Source of the DNA: Scyliorhinus canicula | Lineage: Eukaryota | Reading direction: 5' to 3' | DNA: 64,000 nucleotides | Assembly (NCBI RefSeq): GCF_902713615.1 | Contig: NC_052170.1 | Coordinates: forward strand, 2,604,001 to 2,668,000 | Made by a program: the position numbers and the translations under genes | Part shown: positions 36,680 to 49,508 of the stretch, one piece after another | How the letters are laid out: every line of letters starts with the position of its first letter | How positions within the stretch are numbered: position 1 is the first letter of the stretch | Notes under the pieces: model-generated | Databases searched by the model: none | Told to the model about the DNA's origin: nothing | What the model saw: only the letters and a program-made list of their open reading frames with translations

Positions 36680-37380
36680 GGGAGATGTTTCTGGAAGATC
36701 TGAGCCTTGGGAGATGTCTCCGGAAAATCCGAACCCTAGGAGATGTTTCTGGAAGATCCGAACCCTGGGAGATGTTTCTGGAAGATCTGAGCCCTGGGAG
36801 ATGTTTCTGGAAGATCCGAACCCTGGGAGATGTTTCTGGAAGATCTGAGCTCTGGGAGATGTTTCTGGAAGATCTGAGCCCTGGGAGATGTTTCTGGAAG
36901 ATCTGAGCTCTGGGAGATGTTTCTGGAAGATCTGAGCTCTGGGAGATGTTTCTGGAAGATCTGAGCCCTGGGAGATGTTTCTGGAAGATCCGAACCCTGG
37001 GAGATGTTTCTGGAAGATCTGAGCTCTGGGAGATGTTTCTGGAAGATCTGAGCTCTGTGAGATGTTTCTGGAAGATCTGAGCCCTGGGAGATGTTTCTGG
37101 AAGATCCGAACCCTGGGAGATATTCTGGAAGATCTGAGCTCTGGGAGATGTTTCTGGAAGATCTGAGCTCTGGGAGATGTTTCTGGAAGATCTGAGCCTG
37201 GGAGATTGTTTCTGGTTGATCTGAACCCTGGGAGATGTTTCTGGAAGATCTGAGCTCTGGGAGATGTTTCTGGAAGATCTGAGCCCTGGGAGATGTTTCT
37301 GGAAGATCCGAACCCTGGGAGATGTTTCTGGAAGATCTGAGCTCTGGGAGATGTTTCTGGAAGATCTGAGCTCTGGAGAT
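36680..37380. repeat. Minisatellite, 29-bp unit GGGAGATGTTTCTGGAAGATCTGAGC(C/T)CT
   Basis: About 24 copies. Confidence 0.93.
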
Positions 37381-38059
37381 ATCACTATGCTGAGAAGGTG
37401 CAGGTGGTTGAAACTGCGCCCACCCACTGCCGTGTGTGATGTTGTGCAGGGTGTGTGGTCACCAGGTTCCTACATCTCGATCTCCACAGGCTGTCCGGGC
37501 CGCCTTCAGGATAGGGTCGACATTGTACACGTCTTGTTCCAGATGCGTTCTGACTGGCATGAAATCCTGCTGGCGCTGTGTACGATTGGATGGGGGGGGG
37601 GGGGGGGGGGGGTTACAATTCCTGTCAGGGCTTCGTCTGAAACCATACTGTCTGGCAGGAAAACAGACTTTTCAACTCCCACTGCAGTGCTTCCCCTGCC
37701 CCGCCCTGCCCACCATCAAACCCACTGGGGAGTAGGGCGGGGGGGGGGGGGGGGGGGGTGGCAGGGACTGGAAAGTTCCTCCCCCGGAGTTGAGCAGAGC
37801 AAGGGCTGGGTCGGATGCTGCCCAGGACTCAGGGTCATTGCGGGCCATAGTTCAAGAGGAGGGGGAGCTTAGAGCTTTGTGCCTGTTTCCAGGCATGGAA
37901 AAGAGCAGGTATCTATTAAAGATGTTATTGTCCAGATGGTAGAGGAATGAGTGCCATGTAGCATGTTCTGGGGATTTCGATTTGAAGCACAAGTCTTTCA
38001 CTTTTCTATGAACACATTGCAAATTTGTGAAGTTTATATATTGTATCAAAACAATAGCA

Positions 38060-38385
38060 GCCTACGTGCATAGTGGTTAGCACAGTTGCTTCACAGCTCC
38101 AGGGTCCCAGGTTCGATTCCCCGCTGGGTCACTGTCTGTGCGGAGTCTGCACATTCTCCCCGTGTCTGCGTGGGTTTCCTCCGGGTGCTCTGGTTTCCTC
38201 CCACAGTCCAAAGGTGTTGCAGGTTAGATGGACTGGCCATGCTAAATTGCCCCTTAGTGTCCCAAAAAAGGTTTAGGTGGGGTGACTGGGTTGGAGGTGT
38301 GAGCTCGGGTGGGGGGTGCTCTTTCCAAGGGCCGGTGCAGAGTCGATGGGCCGAATGGCCTCCTTCTGCACTGTAAATTCTATGA
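38060..38385 (+). mobile_element. Long V-SINE with CR1-type tail
   Basis: Tail GGGCCGAATGGCCTCCTTCTGCACTGTAAATTCTATGA. Confidence 0.85.
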
Positions 38386-38870
38386 ATAACTAGAGCTTCA
38401 GTTAATTGTGAAGGACAATTGAACAAAACGTGCAAATAAGCAGAACCATATCAGATAACACTTAACACAGATGAAGATTATGTATTACACAGGAAGAGGA
38501 AAGTAGCTAAAATATACTCCATGACTGGGACTAAAATAATGAAGGGCGAGTTTGAAGAGACAAATCCGTGACAAATTATGCACCATTCTTAATAACACAA
38601 GCAAATCTGCAACCTATTGGAGCTGCCACCATGTATGGCAGCACAGTCTTGCTCGAAAGCAAGCTACCAAAACTTTTCTTAACATGGTTAAGAGAAATGA
38701 GCTGCTTTGCGATGCACACACTAGGATTCATCCTCATGGTTCATATATCCATGGAGGTCAGTTAGCTCAGTTGGACAGGAGGTTCGTGAAGCAGAGCGAG
38801 GCCAGCAGCGTGGGTTCAATTCCTTGGGGGTTCTGATTACTTTCACTTTCACACATATGGGCTCTCGAAG

Positions 38871-41217
38871 ATAAGAACATAAGAACTAGGAGGCAGGAGT
38901 AGGCCATCTGGCCCCTCGAGCCTGCTCCGCCATTCAATGAGATCATGGCTGATCTTTTGTGGACTCAGCTCACTTTCCGGCCGAACACCATAACCCTTAA
39001 TCCCTTTATTCTTCAAAAAACTATCTATCTTTACCTTAAAAACATTTAATGAAGGAGCCTCAACTGCTTCACTGGGCAAGGAATTCCATAGATTCACAAC
39101 CCTTTGATGAAGAAGTTCCTCCTAAACTCGGTCCTAAATCTACTTCCCCTTATTTTGAGGCTATGTCCCCTAGTTCTGCTTTCACCCGCCAGTGGAAACA
39201 CCTGCCCGCATCTATCCTATCTATTCCCTTCATAATTTTATATGTTTCTATAAGATCCCCCCTCATCCTTCTAAATTCCAACGAGTACAGTCCCAGTCTA
39301 TTCAACCTCTCCTCATAATCCAACCCATTCAGCTCTGGAATTAACCTAGTGAATCTCCTCTGCACACCCTCCAGCGCCAGTACGTCCTTTCTCAAGTAAG
39401 GAGACCAAAACTGAACACAATACTCCAGGTGTGGCCTCACTAACAACTTATACAATTGCCAGCATAACCTCCCTAGTCTTAAACTCCACCCCTCTAGCAA
39501 TGAAGGACAAAATTCCATTTGCCTTCTTTTTTTTTAAAAATAATTTTTATTGGAATTTTTTACAGAAAATATAAAAAATAACGACAAACAATGAAATGCA
39601 ACAAAATAACCCATAATAATTGTAACCACCCCCCAGGACCGTATCGACGCATGTATCACATCCCCCACCCCCCCCCAACCCCAATGAACAACAAAATCCA
39701 TTTGCCTTCTTAATCACCTGTTGCACCTGTAAACCAACATTTTTGCGACTCATGCACGAGCACATCCAGGTCTCTCTGCACAGCAGCATGCTTTAATATT
39801 TTATCATTTAAATAATAATCCCGTTTGCTATTATTCCTACCAAAATGGATAACCTCACATTTGTCAACATTGTATTCCATCTGCCAGACCCTAGCCCATT
39901 CCTTAACCTATCTAAATCCCTCTGCAGACTTCAGTATCCTCTGCACTATTCGCTTTACCACTTATCTTAGTGTCATCTGCAAACTTGGACACATTGCCCT
40001 TGGTCCCCAACTCCAAATCATCTATGTAAATTGTGAACAATTGTGGCCCCAACAACGATCCCTGAGGGACACCACTAGCTATGATTGCCAACCAGAGAAA
40101 CACCCATTTATTCCCAACTCTTTGCTTTCTATTAATTAACCAATCCTCTATCCATGCCACTACTTTCCACGTTAATGCCATGCATCTTTTCTTATGCAGC
40201 AACCTTTTGTGTGGCACCTTGTCAAAGACTTTCTGGAAATCCAGATATACCACATCCATCGGCTCCCCGTTATCTACTGCATGGTAATGTCCTCAAAAAA
40301 TTCCACTAAATTAGTTAGGCACGACCTGCCCTTTATGAACCCATGCTGCGTCTGCCCAATGGGACAATTCTATCCAGATGCCTCGCTATTTCTTCCTTGA
40401 TGATAGATTCCAGCATCTCCCCTACTACCGAAGTTAAGCTCACTGGCCTATAATTACCCGCTCATCTGCCTACCTCTTTTTTAAACAGTGGTGTCACGTT
40501 TGCTAATTTCCAATCCACCGGGACCACCCCAGAGTCTAGCAAATTTTGGTAAATTATCACTAGTGCATTTGCAATTCCCTAGCCATCTCTTTAGCACTCT
40601 GGGATGCATTCCATCAGGGCCAGGAGACTTGTCCACCTTTAGCCCCATAGTTTGCCCATCACTACCTCCTTAGTGATAAACAATCCTCTCAAGGTGCTCA
40701 CCTGTCATAGCCTCATTTCTATCAGTCACTGGCATGTTACTTGTGTCTTCCACTGTGAAGACTAACCCAATAACCTGTTCAGTTCCTCAGCCATTTCCTC
40801 ATCTCCCATTATTAAAACTCCCTTCTCATTCTCTAAAGGACCAATATTACCTTAGCCACTGTTTTTTGGTTTATATATTTGTAGAAACTTTTACTATCTG
40901 TTTTTATATTCTGAGCAAGTTTACTCTCATAATCTATCTTACTCTTCTTTATAGCTTTTTTAGTAGCTTTCTGTTGCCCCCTAAAGTTTTCTAAGTCCTC
41001 TAGTCTCCCACTAATCTTTGCCACTTGTATGCTTTTTCCTTCAATTTGATACTCTCCCTTATTTCCTTAGATATGTAGAATATATCCAAGTCGATTTTCC
41101 CTCTTTCTACCGTCTTCCTTTTTGTTGGTATAAACTTTGCTGAGCACCGTGAAAAATCGCTTGGAGGGTTCTCCACTGTTCCACCATAACGTCTTTCTCC
41201 CCAGTCTACCTTAGCTA
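38871..41217 (-). mobile_element. 5'-truncated CR1 LINE, same family as 10682-15580, with many 1-bp indels
   Basis: Colinear alignment to 10682-12720; RT motifs in ORFs 39150-39518 and 39912-40259. Confidence 0.92.
39529..39690 (-). mobile_element. Short 3' end of the same L1/Tx1 family inserted into the second CR1, TSD ~ACAAAAT(T)CCATTTGCCTTCTT
   Basis: Reverse complement of 13890-14030 with poly-T, flanked by duplicated CR1 sequence. Confidence 0.85.
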
Positions 41218-42769
41218 GTGATATTCCATTACTCTCTATTTTATCAATATTCCGGTTCTGTGCAGCATAAACTGGCTAAATGGTTGAGTGAATTATTACA
41301 GCCAGTTCTTTTAAGTTTTCTATGTGCGGGAGTGTAAAGTAAAGTTGCCTTGGTCCCAGTATGACCATGAGTTGCTTTCCCCTTTGAGGTCTAATGCAAA
41401 CACTAATTCGACCTACCTATCGATACAACGCTCGTCTTCGAGCTTATTTGACATTGCACGTTTATTTATGAATGAGCCACTGAAGGAAGCCATCAACATT
41501 ACTGTGGCTTTGTTATATCACAGCAATATTGGACACGGCAACATGGCTGAATCTGTATTCATTGAATTTAGGAACTTAGTAACTCATTTAGTCGCGTTCA
41601 GTTTTAATGACACCATATTTGCCCCAACAGATGGTGTAGCCATGGGATCCCCTCTAGATCCGCCTTCACTAATATTTTCATTTGTTTCCGAGATGTGTTT
41701 TTGGTGGAATGAGCCCCAACCTCCTATCCCGTACACATTTCTGATATGTAGGTAATACATTCACAACTTTTAAACGTCCTTTCAGACTTTCCGATGCTCC
41801 AGCCCACATCCAGATTCACTTTTGATATGGAGCAGTTGACGTGCTCCATTTCCTCAATGTGCTCGTTGAAAAGTCCCCTCTTGGGTTCTCCCACTACTCT
41901 CCATTACTAACATATCTTCCCGGCTATATACTCTTTGGGATTCGCACAGTTATACGAGCTCGTATTGTGGCTCCTTTGCGCTTGCTAGAATTGACATATT
42001 TTCATTGACTTTGCTAACAAAAGGAATATGTTTAAACTGTGTAGCTTTTTTTTAATTACCCAGGAGCTTGGTGAGCCTGTAGTTCTCTGTTGCTTTGTCC
42101 AAGGCTGTATCTCAGCCAATGAGAGTCAACTTACCAATCAGAACCCTCTTCCTCTGCAGTATAAATAGTTGTGATTGTTCGAAATTTGGCACTCTGTGTC
42201 TGTCCTGACAAGTGGAAGATGAAACACTTCAGCAATGCCTCTCTTTTCAGCAAAGTACACACGAGTCTCGTAAATTCATATTGTCTGACCAAGGCAACTA
42301 GGATGCTGAACCAAAATGTAAAGCCAGAGCGCACCTTTCTCGAATTGTACAGAGTTTTGTACGACCTTGAATAGAGTGTCCAGTCCTTTCACTAATTTAT
42401 GGTGAAACATTGGAGCACTGGGGGTATTGAGAGAAGAGACACGAGGCAGTGGTATTGAGAAAGACTGCAGCAGCCTTGAATAATGACTGAGTGATGCTCC
42501 ATTCAAGTATGTAAATAATATGAGAAAAGAGAGATTTGGAATATAACTTCAAACTACATTGTGAAGGAAGATTTAGATTAACAGAAAACAAACTTTGAAA
42601 GTTTCTGTCTCCCCGGAAGGACGTGAATTTCCAGATCAAACAGTGGAGGTGAAAACCTGAATTCATGAAGAAACAACGAACAATCAGGATTGGGGTCGCC
42701 AGTGTGCGGTTCCTTCCAGATTGACAAAAAAATGAGCTGAAAGGACATTCTCTCCTGTAATTATCTTGT

Positions 42770-43152
42770 GTTTTTTAAAATAAATTTAGAGTACCCAATT
42801 CTTTTTTTTTTCAATTTAAGGGCAATTTAGCCTGGCCAATCCACCTACCCTGCACATCTTGGGTTGTGGGGTGAGACCCACACAGACACGGGGAGAATGT
42901 GCAAATTCCGCAATGAAAAGTGACCGGGGGCCGGGATTGAAATGAAATGAAAATGAAAATCGCTTATTGTCACGAGTAGGCTTCAATGAAGTTACTGTGA
43001 AAAGCCCCTAGTCGCCACATTCCGGCGCCTGTCCGGGGAGGGCTGGTACGGGAATCGAACCGTGCTGCTGGCCTGCTGGTCTGCTTTAAAAGCCAGCGAT
43101 TTAGCCCAGTGAGCTGATTGAATCCGGGTCCTTGGCGCCGTTGAGGCTAACC
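42770..43152 (-). mobile_element. Short V-SINE with a nested second-family SINE (42938-43115)
   Basis: Reverse-complement consensus interrupted by the 24910-type SINE, flanked by GATTGAA. Confidence 0.8.
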
Positions 43153-43287
43153 ACTGCATCATCATGCCGCCATCTTGTAATCTTTTTGAGAAATAATTTA
43201 TCAATCAGTAGAAGACACCCCCATATTGTGAGTAATTATGATGGGTGCACTGTGGGCTATGACTTGAGATCAAACTAACTGGGCCCA

Positions 43288-43510
43288 GGGCCAGCACGGT
43301 GGCACAGTGGTTAGCACTGCTGCCTCACGGCGCCGAGGTCCCAGGTTCGAATCCCGGCCCTGGGTCACTGTCTGTGTGGAGTTTGCACATTCTCCCGTGT
43401 CTGCGTGGGTTTCACCCCCACAACCCAAAGATGTGCAGGTTAGGTGGATTGGCCACGCTAAACTGCCCCTTAATTGAAAAGAAATAATTGGCTATGCTAA
43501 TTTAAAAAAA
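43288..43510 (+). mobile_element. Short V-SINE, TSD ~AACTGGGCC
   Basis: Family consensus with A tail. Confidence 0.85.
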
Positions 43511-43775
43511 ACGAACTGGGCCAGATCAGGGATGAAGATGCGATTCCTGGTTAGTATGGATTGCTGCTGAACCGTGTCCTCGTGGACCATGTGACCATCT
43601 AGGAAAACCACCTTTTCCAGCTCCAACACACGATAAACCAGTTCCCTGCATTGCTGGGAAAGCTGAAGGATTTCTATACCATAGACATCTTCCTCACCAA
43701 TACAAATTCTCAACAGCCATCTTGGAAGGTATTCGACTTGGCTCCTCGCCTCTCTGCTGTTTATCCTTCCTCTAG

Positions 43776-44002
43776 ATTAGAAAATACACCTTCAGTGATT
43801 TCAATCACACATGATGGCAGCATGTGTCAGAGGCCGCTTTACAATCGGATGCGGAATTTACACCTGTAGTCAATTTTTAAAAAATCTCTTCATTTTACAA
43901 CCTCCGATAAGACGGCACAGAGCACTGAAAGTTTGTTCGAACTTTTTCATACTAAATCGTGCAACGTTCTCAATATATTTATTAGATGTGACCAGGAACA
44001 AG
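43776..44002 (+). other. CCDC159: Possible 5'UTR exon of CCDC159 (acceptor 43776 or 43986)
   Basis: Consensus donor AAG|GTAAGT at 44002/44003. Candidate acceptors ttatccttcctctag| and atttattag|. Confidence 0.35.
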
Positions 44003-44386
44003 GTAAGTGAGAGTTAATTGTATTTTAAAGAAATGGAAAGTAATTACTGGGCAGTGCATTTGCTGAGAGGATCTGGGAAGCTTTGCGAGGTTCTGGGACC
44101 CTTCTCAGCTGTGTCACCGCTGGGTCACTCCCCCCCCCCTAACCGTGTGAACACCTCCACCACACAGACTGCAGCAGCTCAAGAGGCAGCTCTCCACCTC
44201 CACCTCCAGAACAACTGGAGATGAGCAATAAAATACTGACCCTGCCAGTGACTCTCACTGAGAAGAAATTCTTCACAAAATCAGTGCGATTGTAGTAACG
44301 AGAGAAACGATTTATAGTGAAAATATCGCTGAAATGCAGTGACGGATTTTTGTGCTTTGCTTTTGCAGTTTTGCTAAATTTGAGAG

Positions 44387-44446
44387 ATGAATACTGATAT
44401 TTCGCTCATGTCTCGGATAGTGACAGATAATGATGGGGATACTATG
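44387..44446 (+). CDS. CCDC159: CCDC159 first coding exon (MNTDISLMSRIVTDNDGDTM); exon starts 44369
   Basis: Acceptor ttttgcag| at 44368, in-frame upstream TAA, donor ATG|GTAAGT, phase 0. Joins the downstream exons in frame, but the N-terminus itself is not recognisably conserved. Confidence 0.65.
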
Positions 44447-44574
44447 GTAAGTCAGCGCTTCTCAATCTGGGAGCACTTGCCTCAATTTGAGGCAACAACG
44501 TGCAAGGTTAGAAGTGCTAAGCTGTGAGCGTCACGAGGACTGTAATGGACAACGAGTACGGATTCTAGTCATAG

Positions 44575-45210
44575 TCTCTTCGCATCCTTGATGTCATATT
44601 TGACCCTGAGGGTGAACCTCCGACCTCATATTTGTACCATCGCTAAGAACGCCTATTTCCACCTCAGTAACGACTTCACCCTGCCTCGTTTCACCTGCTG
44701 CTGAAACCCTCATCCAGGCCTCCTGTAGACTGAACTCCTCATGGCTGGTCTCCCCCCATTCTACCCGCCGTGAACTTAGAGGCCATTCAAATCCCTACTG
44801 CTCACGGTTCAACTCTTACCAAGTACCATTCCCCTATCAGCCACGTGCTTGCTGGTCGACACAGGATTCCAGTCCAACACCGCCTTGATTTTGAAATTCT
44901 CATCCTTGTTTTCGGATCCCTCCCTGGCCTTGCTCCCTCCCGGTCTCTGGAATCCCTCCCAGCCCCACAATCCTCTGCTCTCATTCAGGCCTCTTGTATT
45001 CCCAATTCTAATTACTCCATCACCATTGGCCATGTGTTCAGTTCTTTAGGCCCCAGGCTCGCTATAACCGCTCCACCTCACTGTCCTCCATAAAGACAAT
45101 CCTTAAAACTCTCTGACCGGGTTTTTGGCATCTGACCCTAATTCCTCCTTATGGTCTTAGTTTTTTAATACTCTGTTTTGCAATGTTCCTGTGAAGCATC
45201 TTACATAAGG
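44575..45210 (+). mobile_element. Old L2 LINE 3' fragment
   Basis: Degenerate AYFHL, AAETLI.A, HWLP-like and FKIL-like segments (HRIPVQHRLDFEILILVF.SL.GLAP). Confidence 0.75.
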
Positions 45211-45689
45211 ATACAGGCTGGAACAGAGCACTGGCAGGGTGACCAAGCTGGCATGTCTTTCCCGCACCGGATCAGGCCAGGGGGGGGGGGGTGCCTGCCT
45301 GTATGCGGGTGGGGGCCCACGTTGAGGGGGGGTTTGAGAGATGAAAATGGTACCGCGATCTCTTCCTGCACTGACAGAGCAGAGCCCCTCAGTGCAGGGA
45401 ATGCCGCTAAGTGTATTTCCGTGGGTCGCTTCCCGCTGGGGCTCAGAAAAATAACAGTGCGTTAGATAGCGGGCTAGTGCTGGAACGACCACGCTAATCC
45501 CACCAGAATGCACTCCAGTTTTTATTTTAGTTAATCGCTTGCACTACCTAAACGTAAGATGTATTGCAGAATCAAATCACAGGATGAGGATAGTAAACCC
45601 AATGCCTCAGTGCCGGCTGAAAATAACTCTCCTACCGATTCCCTCTTCTAATCTGTAAATTACCTCAGGTACCTTTTCAACATGTCGGC

Positions 45690-45985
45690 ACCCTGGCTAG
45701 TACAGCTGCCTCTCAGCGCAGGGGCCCGGGTTCAATTCCAACCTTGGGTGACTGTGCAAACTCCGCATGTTCTCCCCGTGTCCGCGTGGTTTCCTCCGGG
45801 TGCCCCACTTTCCCCCCACAGCCCAAAGATGTGCAGGTTGGGTGGAGTGGCCGTGCTAAATTGCCCCTTGGTGTCCAAAAGGTTAGGTAGGACTATGGGG
45901 AAAGGGCTTGGGAGTGGGCCCAGGGAGCGTACTCTATCGGAGGGTCAGAACAGACTCAATGGGTCGAATTATCTCCTTTTGCATC
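45690..45985 (+). mobile_element. Long V-SINE, diverged
   Basis: V-domain plus tail remnant. Confidence 0.7.
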
Positions 45986-46111
45986 GTCAAACCCCCGTCA
46001 CCCTCTGGGTGCAAACATTTTTTCCTCAACTCCCCTCTAATCGTTCTACCAATGCCTTCAAATCTATTCTTCCTGGTTATTGGCCTCTCTGCTCAGAAGA
46101 ACAGATCATTC

Positions 46112-46331
46112 CTTTTTTAAAGATAAATTTGGAGTACCCAATTATTTTTTTCCAATTAAGGGGCAATATAATGTGGCCAATTCACCTACCCTGCACATCT
46201 TTGGGTTGTGGGGGTGAGACCCACGCAGACACGGGGGAGAATGTGCAAACTCCACACGGGCAGTGACCCAGGGCCGGGATTCGAACCTGGGACCTCGGCC
46301 CCACGAGGCAGCAGTGCTAACCACCGTGCCA
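46112..46331 (-). mobile_element. Short V-SINE, TSD ~AGATC(A/G)TTCCT
   Basis: Reverse-complement consensus with T-tail. Confidence 0.82.
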
Positions 46332-47263
46332 TAAGTATAGATCGTTCCTAACTACTCTCTTCGGCCTCCCATAACTTTACACACCTCAATTAAATCTGTA
46401 CTCAGCCACTGATGTTCCAGTCAGAACAACCCCTATCCAAAATCAAAGCAAAATACTGCAGATGCTGCAATCTGAACCAAAATCGAGCACGATGGAAGCG
46501 CAGCGTGACTGGCAGCAACTACGGGGAGAAAACCGAGCCAACGTTTCCAATCTGTTTGTCTCTTCCTCAGAACTAAGAGTGAACATTTGTAGGATATTAT
46601 ATTGTATAAGAGAGGATGAAACAGCTGGAACAGTGATTGATGAGAGCGGGCGAGATTGTAACAAAGATATAGCAAACCTAACAACAAGTGACAGATGGCC
46701 GGGGCTGGGCTGGGGGGGGGGGGGGGGGGGGGGGGGGCGTTGTTTAAATGGAGGAGAAAGGCCACAGTCTAAAGTTGTTGAACTCAATCCGGCCAATCCA
46801 ATCTTTCCTCGTCGCCAAAATTATCCAGTCCTGGCAACATGCTGGTCAATCTCCTCCGTACCCTCACTCGTGTGAACACAGAATCCATAGAATCATATCC
46901 TTCTTGTAATGTGATAACTAGGGGTGTACGCAGTACTATAGCAACAGCCTAATTGACAATCTTCCTTCCCTTTTCCTCTTTTCCATTGTTCTTGGACCCT
47001 GCGATCTGGGGGCTGAGGTCTTTAAGTGGAACAATGGGATCAGTCTGCCCAACTATAGGAAAACAAAAGGGCAACTACTGAATTCATGAGTAGAGAGAAG
47101 CGCATGAAGCAATTCTTATAACTGAGCATTCCAGATCCAAACAGTACCTACCAGTGCCACAACAGAACAAGTTGGAAGAGCTGAATCAAGTATAACCAGT
47201 GACCAGTCCTGTGATGTTATTCCAAAGCTTTCCCTATGTCCCTCAGCTATATGCTTTAACTTC

Positions 47264-47620
47264 AGGGCAGCATGATAGCATTGTGGATAGCACAATTGCT
47301 TCACAGCTCCAGGGTCCCAGGTTCGACTCCGGCTTGGGTCACTGTCTGTGCGGAGTCTGCACGTTCTCCCAGAGTCTGCATGGGTTTCCTCCGGGTGCTC
47401 CGGTTTCCTCCCACAGTCCAAAGATGTGCAGGTTAGGTGGATTGGCCATGATAAATTGCCCTTAGTGTCCAAAATTGCGCTTAGTGTTGGGTGGGGTTAC
47501 TGGGTTATGGGGATAGGGTGGAGGTGTTGACCTTGGGTAGGGTGCTCTTTCCAAGAGCCGGTGCAGACTCGATGGGCCGAACGGCCTCCTTCTGCACTGT
47601 AAATTCTGTAAAATTCTGTA
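47264..47620 (+). mobile_element. Long V-SINE with CR1-type tail
   Basis: Near-identical to 54381-54727. Confidence 0.85.
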
Positions 47621-48215
47621 AAACTTGGAGCACCTTGTTGTGAGTATAATGTCCTTGGGTAATCACAGCTATACTCACACATAACCTTGACATTCCCATC
47701 ATGGTAAGAGCTCCAGTTTCTGGTACAGTAATCACCCAGAGCTCATTATTTATATTCCATAATACCACATCTTCCAAGACACCCCCAACCCAAACAAACA
47801 ATTTGCTACTTTGTTAACTGGGGGCAGCGACCAAGAGGATACGAAGGTAGCCAGCCAGGCGATCTCGAGTTGGGTCCCATTGTGAATAGAGTTGTGAGCT
47901 CACCTGCAATAAGATTCAACGGGCAAGATCTGTGCAAATGGAATCCTAGAGCGATGACGGGTCGAGGCAGTACTGGGGAAGGGACAATCTCTGATATTTT
48001 ACAGTTGTGCCAAACAAACCTTTCAAAAGATTGTGGTATGGTATTCCTGTATGGAATTCTTCCAACCAGATGATGGAGCTGTAACCTCCTCCAGCTCCCT
48101 CCGAGATCACTGCGCTCCTTCAATCTCTTGGGCATCCTCAATCCCACCAGCGGTCCAGGCCCTGAGTCTGGTCTTGCCTCCCTAAACCTCTCCTCCAATC
48201 CCTCGCTCCCTCCAT

Positions 48216-48495
48216 CAGGAGCTGGTTTAGCACAGTGGGCTAAACAGCTGGCTTGTAATGCAGAACAAGGCCAGCAGCGGGGGTCACTGTCTGTGTGGAG
48301 TCTGCACATCCTCCCCGTGTGTGCGTGGGTTTCCTCTGGGTACTCCGGTTTCCTCCCACAGTCCAAAGATGTGCAGGTTGGGTGGATTGGCCATGAAAAA
48401 TTGTCCAAAATTCTATGATTAACCTAGGACAAAAGTTCGGCGCAACATCGTGGGCCGAAGGGCCTGTTCTGTGCTGTATTTCTCTATCTCTATCT
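48216..48495 (+). mobile_element. Chimeric SINE: second-family head, V-domain, alternative CR1 tail
   Basis: Head matches 24910-25093, body matches the V-SINE, tail GGGCCGAAGGGCCTGTTCTGTGCTGTA. Confidence 0.8.
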
Positions 48496-49181
48496 AAAAG
48501 CTAAATACTGTGGATCCTGCGAATCTGAAATAAAAACAGGGAATGCTGGAAAAACTCCGGTTTCTGAACCTTTCCGGTCAAGGTGGCCTTTCACCAGTTT
48601 TAATGAAAGGTCCTTTTACCAGATTAACTCTCTTTCTCTCCACAGATGCTGCCTGAGCTGACACATAAATCCAGGTTGTTGCTAAGCTAGCCCCAGCTCA
48701 GCCTGCGGGGCCTCCCGATAATAGCTCCAGAATTGAGCTGCCTTCTAACTGTCGCCCAACAGAGGAGGTGGCAGACAGGTGAAGTGCCTGTGGCTGAGTG
48801 TGACCCACGATGATTGCCTCTGTTGGTTACTCATTACTGTTTCAGGTAACAGGAGAACCGCTGGGCTGTGGTTAACAGGAGCGTAACCCTCGGATCCTCC
48901 TGGTCTGGCTTCGGCCAACACTGCGAGGTGGCCGGAGACTTCAGAAATCATTAAAAAGATACGAACCATGGTTCCAAAATTCATGAAGTCGTTTAAACTG
49001 AATAAGTTATTTTGGAAGCAAGAGTTTCAAAAGCTATGAATGTAAAGCGATGGAGTAAGTGTTGCTGACTGGTGGAGCAAGTGGTTAATTCCTGTGTGGA
49101 GTACAGAGTCAAGTTGGAGCCAGTCAGCAACTTCCACAGAAGTTATTTTTGAATCACTGATATTATTTTTTTCCATTGCAG

Positions 49182-49215
49182 CAGACGTTGAAGTTTGGTG
49201 GCTGTCATCAGAAAG
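49182..49215 (+). CDS. CCDC159: CCDC159 coding exon 2 (QTLKFGGCHQK)
   Basis: CAGCAG tandem acceptor after a T-rich tract. Donor AAG|GTGAG, phase 1, compatible with the next exon. Confidence 0.7.
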
Positions 49216-49327
49216 GTGAGACAGATATATGTATTGATGATTCTGTCCATTAGCACGAGCGTTTTACAGATTAACAAGAGAATCAGGGTTTGACCGTGTC
49301 TCTGAGTAAACTCCTCTTGTTTTCCAG

Positions 49328-49446
49328 AGAATACATTTAATAAAGTTCGGAGCTTCACTGACACACACTCGGCATCTCCAGCTGACAACAAACACCTAAT
49401 GGATGAGCTTGAGGTCATCAAGTTCCACATTGAAGTCCAAACAAGA
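49328..49446 (+). CDS. CCDC159: CCDC159 coding exon 3 (ENTFNKVRSFTDTHSASPADNKHLMDELEVIKFHIEVQTR)
   Basis: Acceptor tttccag|, donor AGA|GTACGG. Aligns with human PDSQKLLRCELESLKSQLQAQTK. Confidence 0.85.
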
Positions 49447-49508
49447 GTACGGCTCAGGCAAAAAATTGTTTTTTTCTCAGTTTACAAGTTATTCCTTTTG
49501 CCTGTATG

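Larger units (their letters stand above)
38545..42253 (+). mobile_element. Decayed Penelope-like retroelement (RT and 3' pLTR), interrupted by a SINE head (~38752-38825) and a CR1 (38871-41217)
   Basis: Frameshifted motifs RIHPHGS, YGL.K, DIPL..IL, GS.QHKLAKWLSELLQPVL, FDIA.LF.N.PLKEAINI, DGVAMGSPL, PFL.VLVEK; 3' TATAAATA and a CTGA..GAAA hammerhead remnant. Confidence 0.8.

Noticed and set aside
47116-48080. Unassigned - strand ORF pieces around a SINE (possible viral or env remnant)
   Set aside because: No recognisable motif; cannot be supported without a homology search.
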